Shown here one piece after another: positions 46,927 to 60,100 of a DNA stretch of 64,000 nucleotides. This DNA comes from Saccostrea cucullata. Taxonomy: Eukaryota. Each line of letters opens with the position of its first letter. Position 1 is the first letter of the stretch. The notes beneath the pieces are model-generated. The model made no database searches. It worked only from the letters and a program-made list of their open reading frames with translations, and was not told where the DNA came from. The position numbers and the translations under genes were made by a program. The stretch covers positions 124,001 to 188,000 of the forward strand of contig NW_026930969.1 of the NCBI RefSeq assembly GCF_032062105.1, written 5' to 3'.

Positions 46927-47952
46927 GGTTTCATATTTCCGATATTTTGTCCTTTTTTCTATAGGGTTACATATTTGTTAACTGCTTAAAAATCCGTATC
47001 TAACATGGCCTGCGATTCCTCTAAGTCTTCTTTGTTAAGCATATCAGGGATTTGGATCTTTTTATCTTTGAATCAAAATTTATTCAGTATAAGACATTGA
47101 ATTGTACTACCATAGCCGAGTGCCTTAAAAGAATGGACCGAATGGTTATAACGAAGACTTTGTATCTTAACATTGACGGGTTAAAATGTCGTAACCAAGA
47201 CCTATAATAACTCGATAACTCCCCCCTCCCCATTAATAATATTGTTTATGAAGCACCTCATTTTAAAAAGATAAATAATCACACAATATTTTAGGGGGTA
47301 TCAATTGAAAGTGCAGTATGGGATACGTTTCTTCGGTGTACTTTAAACTTGTTGGTTGATTCAAGGATTTTCATGCACCAAATATCATCAAATGAACACA
47401 AAATAATAAAAACCTGAATAATAATAATTGCACCTACTGGTAATTTTTAAAGCGATAATTTTTAAAAATGACGAAAAGTTAATGTTCCGAATGATTTAAC
47501 TTTGATGGGGGAGTGTTTCATCCGAGTTACCAACGGCACAGTAAAGAACGTTATACCTTTTATCAACTCATTTTTTTAAACAACTACATGTATTTGATCT
47601 ACATTAAAATGAACCCAAATTCTAGTAGAAAATCTTGAGAAGTAAGTGCAGGGTTAGAATGCGTGGTTCAAGGAGGTGTAAAATTGTTCATTCAAAAGAA
47701 TTGCCTCAGTACTACAAAATGTACAATCTTTTCTCTTATTTAAAATTTAAGGTATACCTTTTTAAGCACTTTCTGTTATTACACACTTTTCATTCAAATC
47801 GATGAGTGGCAAAGAATTTAAGTTGTCAAAACCCTGAAAATTCAAATATACAGGGTGACGTTGTTCGTTCTCTTATCGATGCATAAGGAGGCAATAAACT
47901 GTTTTTACCTGTAGAGTAGCTTGTGCACTTTGAACTCTTTTTTTTTTTAATT

Positions 47953-48349
47953 AAACAAGATGTGTTTGTGAAACACTGATGCACCGTATGGCAGCTAATG
48001 GCGAGGGCAGAACTTTAAAGTCCAAGGCCAAAGTCAAAATTGTTGGTATCCAAAGGCAGGTCTTGTCATAAGAATTAAACATTTGAAATATGAAAGCCCT
48101 AAATCTAACTGTTCAAAAATTATAACGAAGGTTAAAATTTTAAATGTGGGCCAAACTCCAAGGTCAAGCTCAAAAAGTGAAAAATTTAAATCTATTGAAA
48201 GGTCTTGTCACAATTGATACACATTTGAAGAATGAAAGACCTATAGCACCGACTGTTCAAAAGTTATAGCCAAACTCCAAGTAGTCAAGGTCAAGAGGTC
48301 AAATTTAGTGGTACCCAAATAGTCCCGATCTTCGATTCCGCGGGCATAA
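47953..48349 (-). mobile_element. HINE-like element, degenerate
   Basis: AAACAAGATGTGTTTGTGAAACAC terminus, AAGGTCAA-containing units, CCCGATCTTCGATTCCGCGGGCATAA end. Confidence 0.6.
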
Positions 48350-49566
48350 CATAATATATGCTTTGATTGTAGAGTTGTTTTGTTTTATTTATACGTGCAA
48401 TATTTATTCATTTATTTATTTTTAGTGGGGGTTGTGGGTAGGGGACTACAGATACTAGTATGTTGAACATTTTACAGCCACCAGGATATTCGGGCTGTAA
48501 ATATTTTGCGTTGTTAGGTACTAGTATGTGCAAGGTGTTAAAGATACGCTTTAGTAGCAATAAATTGAAAGTAAACTTATGTTGATAGGTCTCGTTAATT
48601 TCGTTGTTTAAACGCTTTCCCACTAGAAATCATTGACATTGTCCATTAACTTTTATATGAAATCTTTTATCGCTAATAAAAATGAATGTTTTGTCCAAAA
48701 TCAGTAAAGAGGTCCATTAAGCCCTTGTACTTCGGTTTAAAGGATTAAGTTAATAAATGTTTTGATTAACAAATCTGGAAAAATATTTGAACTGGAGAGT
48801 CTGAATTTTGTTTATCTAAGAAGGATCGATATATTGCTATTTCGGTTTTCTTTATAAACTTACTCAAGACTTTTTAGTTTTCTTGGCAAGCTCACAAGTA
48901 CACTGTTGTGTTCATTAACCACGAATTCTTGTTAAATTTTACATGAATATGATCTCGACGACATTCATACAGAATAAAATTATGTTTATTTTTTAAATCT
49001 CAAAGAAGAGAATTTCGTCAACAATGTATGCCTTTCTTTGTGCTACTTTCAAATGTACATGTACTCGTATGTATTTTCGATACGTTTTCTATTTTACTGT
49101 TTCAAAGCAAAGAAAAAAGACTGTTCATCGATAAATTAAAGTATGAATTTTATTTTAAGCAAACAATTAATGTTTCACATTCCTTAAATCAGCACTATGC
49201 CCAATGCCAAGATACAATTAACAAGGTAGATACTAAATAAATGTAAAATAATCAATTAGGAAATGATGAAGCAAAACTAGATTACATATTACGATGACCA
49301 TACACAACAATTGCACATGAGAAGTATGAAAGCCCTATAGTGCCAACCTTTACAAAGCATAGCCAAGGTTGGAGTTCTGACGAACAGAAAGATGATCATA
49401 TATCTTTGATATCTAGGAGATAAGAAAGGTGAATCCAAAAATCTTTAATAATACTCAGTAATTAATTGCTCGATCTCTTCCTTCATGTCATTTCGAAGTG
49501 AGAGGGGTAAATAGGTCTAAATCAATTGCTGTTAAATGAAAAACTTTATATTTACAGAATTAACAA

Positions 49567-51537
49567 TCACTTTTCAACTTCTGGTAAGTCTTCGAACTTA
49601 TGCGAGAGCATACTATGTCCATGAACATCGACTTTATGTGGTTCGTGTTCATCGAAGCTGAATGCGGAATTGGATCGACCTTTCTTGATTTTCTTAGTGG
49701 ATGCTCTCTTGGATTTCCTATAAGCCCGAGTCTTCTTCAAAAGATCCGAAATTTTGATAGGATCGAAGACATGTACCTTTTTCAAACCTTTGCCCTTCGC
49801 CTTGGGATTTGCAGCTTGTTCTACGCAAAAGGGCACTGAAATGATATCGTCATTCACGTCTGACGGCGTATATGGTCGCGGAGTTTCGGCCGATTCCGAC
49901 ATGTTGGTACTCGGATCATGAATATTATGGTTGCTTAATGCAGCCTCTCTTTCGTCCAAGTTTGGATTGACGTCATACTGTTCCTGACTAATAGACAGTT
50001 CCGCAACTTCTCGATCTTGCGACTTCGTTTCATACTTATCATACGCTTCTTTCTTAACAGTCAACTGCTTGAAAAAGAAAGGATCTTCGTCTGGCGACCT
50101 GTCGAAGTCGTCGTTAGTAACAACTATGCCTGGGGCAGGTTTTTGTTTGAAGTCATCGAACATGGTTCCACTGGGTGGAAACATAAAGGCAGGTCGTTCT
50201 ATTTTTCGTTTTCTTTTCATTTTTTGTCGTCTTTCTTGGTGCATTTTCTCCATATCCTCTTTCTCGTCTATGAATACCATAGTTCGAGCAACTAAAATCC
50301 CCATCGCTGCAGCATAAAACAGAGGCGCGATGCTGATGGCTGCTAGATAGAATGCAATGTCGTCACTTCCGGCTGAATACGATGGTTGGGATTTATAAAT
50401 GGCCACAACAAGAATGATGAAGATTCCTAGATTAAAATTAAAAAAATATTAAATGAAACAAAAATTCAATATAAATGAAGTAAAATAACCGTATTTTGTT
50501 GAGAAGTGTAAATAGCTTAATGTATACGTTTAAAAAATGAATTTGTCGCACTAAGCCACTTTTCTGTTAAAGCCAAATTAACATCAGAAATGACTTTAGA
50601 CATAACAATTTTTTAAGTTTTTAACCTTCAGGGTATTGACATGATGAACATTAAAAGAGAGCAAAATTTCAATCTTTCATTTATTTTTCGTGTGATTTAA
50701 TACACCTTTGAATATCAGTCAACTGTTAACCATTGAATCATAGCAATTTATATTAATCGTGCTACACTCGTTTCTCTGTAACCTTGTCAAGCAATCGTGT
50801 TCAAATGTTTAAAAAATATGTATTTCAAAAAAGGAAACTAATACTTTTAATTATTCTCACCTGCCGCTAATGAAGTTCCCACTGAAGCATAGAACAGCCT
50901 CTGTCTCTTCTCGTTGATCCAGCAGAGCGCCAGGAATCCGGTGGCCATAGCGGCCGTGTAGAAAACCAGTCCAAGACTGGCTAGCGCCTTCAATGGTATT
51001 ATGATGCCCCCTGCAAGACCGCAATATAATTTTTCTATCATACCATCAGTATAGCCACTAGCCAATAAAAGGAGGGGGCGTTCGCAATACGATTACATTT
51101 ATCCTTCTTTTTACAAATTAATATTTCAAAATAACCATTGTTTTCGAAAAAGTCTTGATAGAAAATATGTAAACAGTCATTTTCCTTCTCATTTTGGAAA
51201 CAACAAGTAAGAAATAGAGCTAATGTTTGTACAGGCTTTTAAGGTAAAAAGTAATTAAAATACATGTATATATGTTTGAAATTCTATTTAGTTCAAATCT
51301 AAGTTACCGATTTAACCTACCTTCAACATTATCGAAATGCGTGTATTGACAACGACTTCCTCCATCGCTGTCAATAATGCAGGCCATAAAAATTCCATAA
51401 TTGTAATGTTGGCCAGTCTCCCGTTTTGTAAATTTATACCATCTTGGAATAAAGAACGAAACGACGAACAAAACATACCCCACAAATAGAGCGAAAAACA
51501 CCGTTTTCTGTAGAAATAAATTCGCTCCTTTCTTCAT
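49567..51537 (-). CDS. Claudin/PMP22/EMP-like four-TM protein B (tandem paralog) with ~240-aa tail
   Basis: Exons 51537-51321, 51010-50861 and 50426-49567. PRW...YGIFMAC...C, KALASLGLVFY...TGFL...RLFYAS, FYLAAISI. Exon 2 is 150 nt in both paralogs. Confidence 0.85.
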
Positions 51538-52560
51538 CTTTTTGAGCTAACCTTGGCCAAATTTCGGCAATGATAAAATATGATTTAGAATACGAACATT
51601 TCACTCATTCTTCCCTCCTGCTGCACTTGATAACAATTGAACAGAATAACACCTATATGTACAATGGTTGTTGATCTACGGGGAATTTAAACCAATTAAC
51701 CATTCAAATTCGTTCTGGCAAAAGCATCCTGACACCCAATCATCCATGACCTAGTCTTGTGGAACGAAGAAAGAGTTAAATGCCAATGACTGTTAGTTCA
51801 TGATCTATGCCCTAACTTGTTGTTTAAAGTGAAAGTTATAATTTACCTCGCAAGAATGACATTTTCTTACGACATTTTAATTTATTGATTTGAAATTTTC
51901 AACTTCAATTTCAAATTTCAATGTCAAGAGTCCAACTGATTGTATTCTTTTCTAATGCATTATTTACCAACATTGTCATTTTTGTTTATTAAACATTACA
52001 AAATTTATTCCTTGTCTAGGAAAACAATGCCGGAAGTAACTTACCGTATTCTCAGTAAATCAACCAAACGATATTAAAATGATCTCGTACAACGGTATAT
52101 TGAAGGCTTTGAATCTGGCCCTAGAGAGAACTTCCCATCCATGCATCCATCCTAAGAACTTGCTCTAGACCCCCACTCCCGGAAAGCATGCCATTTTCAC
52201 CGAGAAAAATAGACTATAATTCTACATCACATTCAATATTCTTATGGGGGATCCTTCTTTGTGCGATGGTTTTAGAGTGCGTTTTCCTCCTAATTGTCCT
52301 ACTGAAATGAAAAGAAAAACGGATGAGAGACATTAAAACAAACATGTGCCCCTTCTGTAATTTTCCAACAGGTGCTCTGACTTTAAAAATTTTTAATTAA
52401 ACTTCACAAAAATTTAAATTCGCAATGTGCAATTAACATTTTTTTTTTCAAAATGGAAACCAGAAACATTGTAACATTTACAAGATTTTATTATTATTTT
52501 CATGTGGTCTGTCCAACATTTTGAAGGAAAATAGTGGTACAATGTAATTATGTAGACAAT

Positions 52561-53124
52561 TTTTATGCTCCCGTAATCGAAAATTCGGGTTATATAGTTT
52601 TTGTTCTGTTCGTCCATCTGCCTCTTTGTCTGTTAACATGTATGTCAGTCAAAAAATTAACCTTGCTCTTAATTTTGACTAGATGGGGCTGTGGATTCAT
52701 ATTTCAAAGATATATTCCTTGTGACAAGACCCCCTTTTTAGGGTACCACCAAATGTGACCTTTGAGTTTGAACCACTTTTACCAATTTTTTCCAACTTTA
52801 ACATTGATCATAACTTTAGAACAATTCGTGTTACATTTATGGTTTTCATACTTCACATGAGTACTATTATTCATCGTTATAAGACATTTGAAAGGATTTA
52901 AATTTTTTTTTAACCTTTTGACCTTGAACTTAGAGTTTGATCCATTTTAAAGAAAACTTTAACCTTGGTTATAACTTTTGAATAAGTGGAAATAGGGCTT
53001 TCATATTTCACAGATATATTCCTTTCGATAAGGCCTTCCTTTGCATACCAACAATGTTTACTTTTTGGACTAAACCTTAAGCTGCCAGATGGGGCCGCAT
53101 CGGTGTTTCACAAACGCATCTTGT
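52561..53124 (+). mobile_element. HINE-like element
   Basis: TTTTTATGCTCCCG...CGGG IR, GTCT/GTCC microsatellite remnant, GACCTT-containing units, end GTGTTTCACAAACGCATCTTGT. Confidence 0.65.
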
Positions 53125-53251
53125 CTCTCATCTAATGGATTTTCCTCCAATGATAATACAAAATACATATATCCTTGCCACTGCGCTAAGAGGGTGTTGA
53201 AACATCTTACAATTTTTGAGTGACTTATTGTTTTGTCCTCAAGAAAATCTA

Positions 53252-53410
53252 NNNNNNNNNNNNNNNNNNNNNNNNNNNNNNNNNNNNNNNNNNNNNNNNN
53301 NNNNNNNNNNNNNNNNNNNNNNNNNNNNNNNNNNNNNNNNNNNNNNNNNNNNNNNNNNNNNNNNNNNNNNNNNNNNNNNNNNNNNNNNNNNNNNNNNNNN
53401 NNNNNNNNNN
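53252..53410. other. Assembly gap (159 N)
   Basis: Run of N. Confidence 1.
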
Positions 53411-53559
53411 ATTAGTATGATATATTTTGCAAAGTAGATTTCACATACAAAATATACATTTTTTTTTTGTTGTAAATTTTGAGAGATTTTCAAAATATAG
53501 TTTTAGAGGGGGGGGGGTTAAACGTTAATATCGTCATTGGTCATTTGCAAAATGATTTT

Positions 53560-54780
53560 TTTATAACACATTCTAACAGCACACGCAAGTACTCTAAAGT
53601 TGACATCAAAAGATGCTTGGGTTTCTGATTGACAATATTTATGTGGTTTTTGGAAACCAGGTCTTCCAGCAATCTATTAGAATCCCCATGGGTACCAATT
53701 GCGCTCCGTTTTTAGCAGACCTATTCATATGAAGCAGAATTTCTGCAGAATCTTATTCGTGAAGAGGAGAAAACACTTGCTGTGACTTCAACTTGACATT
53801 TAGATATATCGACGACGTACAATGGTAATTAACAATGGTAATTTCCATTCCTATGTCGATACGATATATCCTGGGAGCTTGAGGTAAAAGATACCACAGA
53901 GTCTGACAAATCTGTTTCATACTTGGATACTTACTTCCAAAAGACATTATTGGTAATCTAACAACCAAGCTCTATGATGAACGTGATAACTTTTCTATCG
54001 TCAACTTCCCTTACTTATGCAGCAATATACTAATACCTTCATCACCTGCATACGGAGTTAATATATCTCAGTTGATTCGATACGCAAGAGCATGCTCTAC
54101 GTATGAACAATTTCTAAAACGAGGTAAATTTTTGACAAACAAGTTGATGAAACAAGAATATCAGCAGTATCGTTTAAAGTCATCATTTCGTAAGTCATCA
54201 TTTCGTAAGTTCTATCCCCGTGGGGATCCGGGTTAGAATAGGTCCTCAGTACCCCCTTGCTTGTCGTAAAAGGCGACTAAATGGGGCGGTCCTTCGGATG
54301 AGACCGTATAAACCGAGGCCCCGTGTCACAGCAGGTGTGGCACGATAAAGATCCCTCCCTGCTCAAAGGCCGTAAGTGCCGAGCATAGGCCTAAATTTGC
54401 AGCCCTTCACCGGCAAAGGTGACGTCTCCATATCAGTGAAATATTCTGGAGCGGGACGTTAAACAGTATACAATCAATCAATCAATCGTAAGTTCTATGG
54501 TCGATACAATGACCTTGTCAGCAAATACAAATTATCATTGAGTCAAAAGCTGACTGGCGATTTTCAATTGTTAGTCCATTATTTATACACTGAATTGACG
54601 ACGGATTTTTCAGTTATTTCATGACAAGGAGCACACGGCGGGTGTGACCGGTCGGCAGGGGGTGCTCACTCCTCCATGGCACCCGATCCCACCTCTGATG
54701 TTTTGGAGGTCTGCATGTGTTTGTTCTGCTCCTGTTTTGTGTTGTTTTATGGAGTTTCGATCTGTTCGTTATCTCCATAT
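53560..54780 (+). mobile_element. Degenerate Penelope-like retroelement (RT fragment plus terminal region)
   Basis: Translates piecewise to MLGFLIDNIYVVFGNQVFQQSIRIPMGTNCAPFLADLF, FRYIDDV, SYLD and SQLIRYARACS, with frameshifts. The terminal motif GGGTGCTCACTCCTCC...GATCCCACCT is also seen inverted at ~41830-41866. Confidence 0.8.
54216..54485 (+). mobile_element. Young SINE-like element with (CAAT)n tail and 13-bp TSD, nested in the Penelope-like fragment
   Basis: TSD TCGTAAGTTCTAT at 54203-54215 and 54486-54498; GC-rich body; tail CAATCAATCAATCAA. Confidence 0.9.
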
Positions 54781-55867
54781 GTTTCATCCTACTCTGAGAA
54801 TGAAATAGGGAAAATCTGGCTGTAGCGTGAGATTTCTCCTAAAAGATTTTTTAATGCTTATAAACCATTATAAATTGTAATAAAAGTATAGAAATACAAG
54901 GCGCTGTTCTACTTTGGTTCCAAACTCACCAACAGCATCGTAATGACGTCACGGTTATGCCCACCTTGTGAAAAGGATGAGGGTGGGGGTTACAGAAGAG
55001 CATATTACTGAGGAAAAGTATCACATGAGTCATTTAAATAAAATATGAAAACGGAAAACTACGAATACGTGGATTAATTTGATCTAAACTTTCAGAAAAT
55101 ATATTTTAATACAAAGTTTTAACAAGTCTGTTTAAAACGCATTATTTAACTCTTTATAATACTAACGATGTTAATTTTGACTAACAGAAAATAAATATCA
55201 AAGAAAAATACACAGAAAAATAGAATTTTAAATCAAGATTTAAAGTTTTAAAGTGAGAGAAAATCAAGACAGAAGAAAAAATGGCTAAATTAAGCATGCA
55301 AGTCAAAAGAAATTAAAGATAAAAACAAGATACGCGGATCAGGGAAGAAAAAAAAAACAGAATTCGTCCAAGGAATCTTAAAATCTATATATGTATACAG
55401 TGTTTATAGATGGCAGGAGGATAACAAAAGGGAAAACTAAAAAATCTAAATTTAAAAAAAATCCTTGAAAGTGGTATAAAATTTCAAATTTCATGCAGGG
55501 TGGTGAAATCCTATGTACGATGTGAGGTGATATACTACTGTACCGTACATGAAAATGTCTGGAAATTTTTTACCATTCATAATACATTCTACTGGTATTT
55601 CTAAAGCAATCACAGTTTAAAATTCTGCTAGATTTTTCCCCTTTATGCTGTCTTTTTAGGGGGTCTCTAGTCCTCGCCTGACGTTTTAAATTTTAGACAG
55701 GCACAGGTATCTACTTGTATTTTCCTATTATAAAAAAAAGTCTTAGATTTTTCATGAATCAGGATTTGGGATTGCATCACAGGCCTTTGAAATGAAACTC
55801 AAGTCGATGTCATCTGCACCAACACGCACAAATTCATGATGCATGGCTAGATCTAAAACATTGAAAA

Positions 55868-56036
55868 TACCGTATATACTCGCCTATAAGTCGGTTGTAT
55901 AAAATAAGCTTGCATATCAGATGGACTAACCTCATATAAAACCATACTTTGAATAGCTCGCCTATAAGTCGGACAAAGAGTTTTAGACCAGAGATTAACT
56001 CCCCAAAAACCGACTTTTAGGCGAGTATATACGGTA
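55868..56036. mobile_element. Tc1/mariner-type MITE
   Basis: TA-CCGTATATACTCGCCTATAAGTCGGT ... ACCGACTTTTAGGCGAGTATATACGG-TA. Confidence 0.85.
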
Positions 56037-56172
56037 ATTGAAAGTTCTTGTTCACTATTTTATTCAAATAAATGAATGGAATTGGATATCAGGTACAGTT
56101 AATTTTAGCCCTCTTCCTGTGTAATGAAAAAAAAAAAGAAATATATAGATAACAACCAATTTGGTCATGCAA

Positions 56173-56336
56173 TTGTCATGTTGTAAATTTTGAATTTACC
56201 GGGTGGCAGTAAATACAAAATTTACAATATGACAAGTTGACAACTAATACAAAATTTACAACAATGACAACTAGTTGTCATGTTGTAAATTTTGTATTTA
56301 CTGCCACCCGTTAAATTCAAAATTTACAACATGACA
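56173..56336. repeat. Near-perfect palindrome (~60-bp arms), foldback remnant
   Basis: TGTCATGTTGTAAATTTTGAATTTACCGGGTGGCAGTAAATACAAAATTTACAA is mirrored at 56284-56336. Confidence 0.85.
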
Positions 56337-58699
56337 CAATGACTAAATCCTAAAAAGATTCCGTTTTTCGATACAAGAAGTTCAAATTTTATGTACAGTG
56401 TATTAAAAAATGTCATTCGAGGAGGGGAACTTTCAATTATTTTGCTCAACATTGTCATCTGTATACAAAGCATTTTGTCTTCCCATCTCTTCTTTTATCA
56501 TTTTTGTTCTAAATCGTTCTTTTTTTTTTTACATTGATCAGTTAAAAATTAACTATCATATTTTTTTTTAAGCCGGATGTTCAATTTTATTCTCTTTTTA
56601 GAGTTTTTCAAAACGATTAGTTAGTGATTTAGTACACTTATCCATATATAGGATACAGGATGTAAAAAGAATAAGCATTTTCCCGATTTTTCGTTATCCT
56701 TAGTATAATCAACGTACAGGACGAAATCTCATTAACAAATCGGTACTAATTGCGAACAAAACATGCCATAATATTATATAATAAAACATTTTTTTCTGTT
56801 TTTTTTTTAAATCGAAAATAAATTTGTTCAACCTAAATTCAAATAGGAGTTGGGGAAAACCTTTAATGTCCTTGTCTCTTTTATGTGATGTAAATATTTT
56901 GTTTAGATGTTGCTTGAATCACTCAGAAACCACTCTTTCCATTAATTATATCAACCTCGTAATATTGTCTAACAAAGAAAAGGAAAAACGTTCCAATTCA
57001 CATAACATGAATAAAGGTAACACCCACATTCTGTGACGTACATAGGGAAATTAAAATATCAATTAAAAGGTTTAATTCAGGTGACCATGCAAGAAGCAAG
57101 TCGCACCTAGGCTCTAGAGTTTTGAATTGTTTCACAACAAATAAATCTGTAAAGTAAAAAAATTGGGGCATAATTAAATCGAATGTAGTTCACTAGAACT
57201 AAATGTATATAAAAACCTTTTTTACTATTAAGGGGAAGTTTTTCCCCCTCAGAGAATAATTTTGCAACAATACAATGCAGAAAATTTTCCTGTTATCTAT
57301 TTTTTTTTTGTATTATTTGGCACAAACATTAAGTCGCTTTTCAACTTTTGCACATCGCCTTGCAAAGACCTTAATTTAGTCTGTCTGCATATGTAAATAT
57401 TATAAACGGTAGAAATACACAAGTCGGTACTTCGTTTTATAGTTTATTAACGGTCCAAACTTGGCGTTTTCTACTCATCTGTATGTCGGCGTGGACAATG
57501 CAAAGTCCAGATTCCAACTGAAGATCATGTATTAAACAACCAATTTATAACAAGTACACAATTACAATGAAGAGTTACTCTAAGCAGAAGGTCATAATTG
57601 ATATAATTAAATTAATTGAATATTAATTAACATGTTCACTCAGGCACAGGTGGCATCAATTGCCTTGCGGTCAAGGTCTGATTATGTTAAGTTAAGCACT
57701 ATCAAAAGGAAATTATTGCTACTCAATTAGATATGTTCATTTTACACGGTCACAATATGTGTATTCACCAACCAAAGGTCCTTGGATGGGGGGTTTACGG
57801 TTCTAGAAGTACGACCAAACTTTGGTAGGTAGTACATACAATATAATAATATAAAATATGAATTAATATGTGTACATGTGAGAGGTGTTATTTTAAACTA
57901 TGCATTTCATTCTCTTAAATTAGCCAAAATTAGTTTTAAAAAAAAATGGGCCTGCAAATATGTACTTTATGTACTGTTGAAAATCGCATATTAAATCTAT
58001 CACATTGTCAAAACATTTTCCAATGCACTTGACCTGGACATTTTTGTTGAAAAAATATACATTCAACTGCGATATAGGTTTGTTCCCACCTACTTAGAGG
58101 AACACAGTGGCAATTACTCACAAAAATCTAAACGGAGCGTGAATCATTCGCGGCCCATCACAACACACTGTGATCTACAAAGGGACGCCAGGAGTTAATG
58201 AGCGGCGTGGCTGTTCTATTAGTCCGAGGACATTTAGTATACCTGACCAAAACAATGGCGTCCATTTTGCTGGACATTTATGACGGTGCATTGTTCTAGT
58301 TACTGATTATTTTTTTTTTAATGTATCACAAACTTGGGATTCCCATGGATGTCTTATTCGTGGAGGAAGCGATATTTTGAGATACTTTTAAGGACTATTA
58401 ATACTTTTTCATTTTTTAATTTGGGAAGAAAAACCAAGTGACATTATTTTCAACAATATAGTCAACAGTAGGATTTTCCACCATTTCAGTGATCATTTAT
58501 ACTAAACTATGGATTATAATAACTCACACTAATTGGAGAATTTTATACGGCTGTTAAAACGAAAACTCATGGATGTTGTGTAACAGCAGAATAACAATAT
58601 CAAAGTGGGAGGTAAAAAAAATTGTACAAAAGATTGAGGGTCACCCAGAGGAAGTTCATTGCATAAGAAGAGGAAATACTTGTGCGACTGTCTGTCAAT

Positions 58700-60100
58700 A
58701 TGAATTTTACCACTTTCCCCTCTAATATAAGCGTGAGCGAGACAATGTCTACGACAGCAGCAATATTTACCACTGGGCAACCATCGCTCAGTAGTGGGCA
58801 ACCATGGCCCAGCACTGGGCAACCATTGCCCAGTGAGGAATCTCTTGCCGCAGTCATACTAGCCCACATGAACGAGGAGGAAAAATTTCGCCAGATTCCC
58901 CTGACGTTATTTCTAGTTATTCTTTCGGTAACCGGATTGTTCGGAAATGTCTTAGTTTGTTTCATATACGGGAGAGTGTATAAAATTTCCAACTCCCGAA
59001 CGTTCATTATGAGTCTTGCGGTGGTGGACTTATTCACATGTGCCATAGGAATTCCAATGGAAATAGCGACTTCATTGGATCAGTATCAGTTTCATTCGCC
59101 GTGGGTCTGTAAAATTTCTCGGTTTATGAATATTTTCACAACCATAACGGCTGCCGTCGTGCTTGTACTTATTGCAATGGATCGTTATCGGAAAATCTGT
59201 CGGTCTTTGGAATGGCAGATCACAAATAGATATTCCAAGATACTTTGTGTCTGCTCTGTGATCGCAGGACTTATATTATCTTGGCCAGCATTTCCCTTAT
59301 ATGGAATAAAGTCTACTGACCTCGTTTTAACTCCGGATGTGAATGGAACATCTACCGAGTGTTCGATTGACGATTCGTCCAAAAACACCCGAATTCCGCT
59401 AATATACGAAGCACTGCATACCATGGTGTTTCTGGTCGGCGTCGTTTCCCTTGTGATATTGTACATATTGATAGGAAGACGTGTTCGATTTTTCGCGCAA
59501 AAGCACGAGGCTCGGAGAGGTAGCTCCTCTAATAGTCTGGACACCGTAGAACAGCGAAATGAGAGACGACAAACAAGACGGGATAAACTAAGACAGTTAC
59601 AGAGCGAGGGTTCTTCATCTGACGGTGATTCCAATGTTTCCACTGAGACAAAGTCGTCTGTGGTGAGAAACGGTAAACATAAAATAAGCTTTACTCTGTC
59701 CTCTGGTGTGGGGCAAAATACTGTGGACATGAAGCCTGGTGCTTCAGTTCTGAAAAGAAATAACTCGAGCTGTCTGAACGCACCTATTATGGCCAAACAG
59801 GCCAAATGTAGGAAGACGCTAGCTCGGAACACGACTTACCTTATGTTTTTAATAACTATTGTGTTTATTTTGAGTTTTGTGCCAGTACTCACTTTAGTGT
59901 TAATACGAGAAGTTAAGAAGGATTTCGTGGATAATTTGTCAGACTCGGGGAGAACTGCCTATAGGTTCTTTTTAAGGTCGTATTATATAAACGCCGCCAT
60001 GAATCCCGTCATTTACTCCATCTTTGACAGACGATTCAGAAAAGCGGTGAAAAGTACAACGAGAGAAATGATTAATAAGTTTCCGTTTTGTAAATCTTAA
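58700..60100 (+). CDS. Intronless class A GPCR, peptide-receptor-like (CCK/gastrin/orexin-like group)
   Basis: GLFGNVLV, LAVVDL, TM3 Cys, IAMDRY, LSWPA, ECL2 Cys, long Ser/Arg-rich ICL3, LSFVP, NAAMNPVIY, FRKA. First ATG at 58700 (the ORF track starts at a GTG). Confidence 0.95.
   Translation: MNFTTFPSNISVSETMSTTAAIFTTGQPSLSSGQPWPSTGQPLPSEESLAAVILAHMNEEEKFRQIPLTLFLVILSVTGLFGNVLVCFIYGRVYKISNSRTFIMSLAVVDLFTCAIGIPMEIATSLDQYQFHSPWVCKISRFMNIFTTITAAVVLVLIAMDRYRKICRSLEWQITNRYSKILCVCSVIAGLILSWPAFPLYGIKSTDLVLTPDVNGTSTECSIDDSSKNTRIPLIYEALHTMVFLVGVVSLVILYILIGRRVRFFAQKHEARRGSSSNSLDTVEQRNERRQTRRDKLRQLQSEGSSSDGDSNVSTETKSSVVRNGKHKISFTLSSGVGQNTVDMKPGASVLKRNNSSCLNAPIMAKQAKCRKTLARNTTYLMFLITIVFILSFVPVLTLVLIREVKKDFVDNLSDSGRTAYRFFLRSYYINAAMNPVIYSIFDRRFRKAVKSTTREMINKFPFCKS

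Noticed and set aside
43560-50317. Plus-strand Ser/Phe-rich ORFs (e.g. 43646-44038, 44746-45204, 50069-50317)
   Set aside because: Antisense mirrors of the Glu/Asp/Lys-rich tails of the claudin-like genes.
53216-53493. ORFs spanning the N run
   Set aside because: Artefacts of the assembly gap.
58529-59832. Antisense ORFs of 97, 148 and 215 aa over the GPCR
   Set aside because: No domain features; explained by codon usage of the sense gene.
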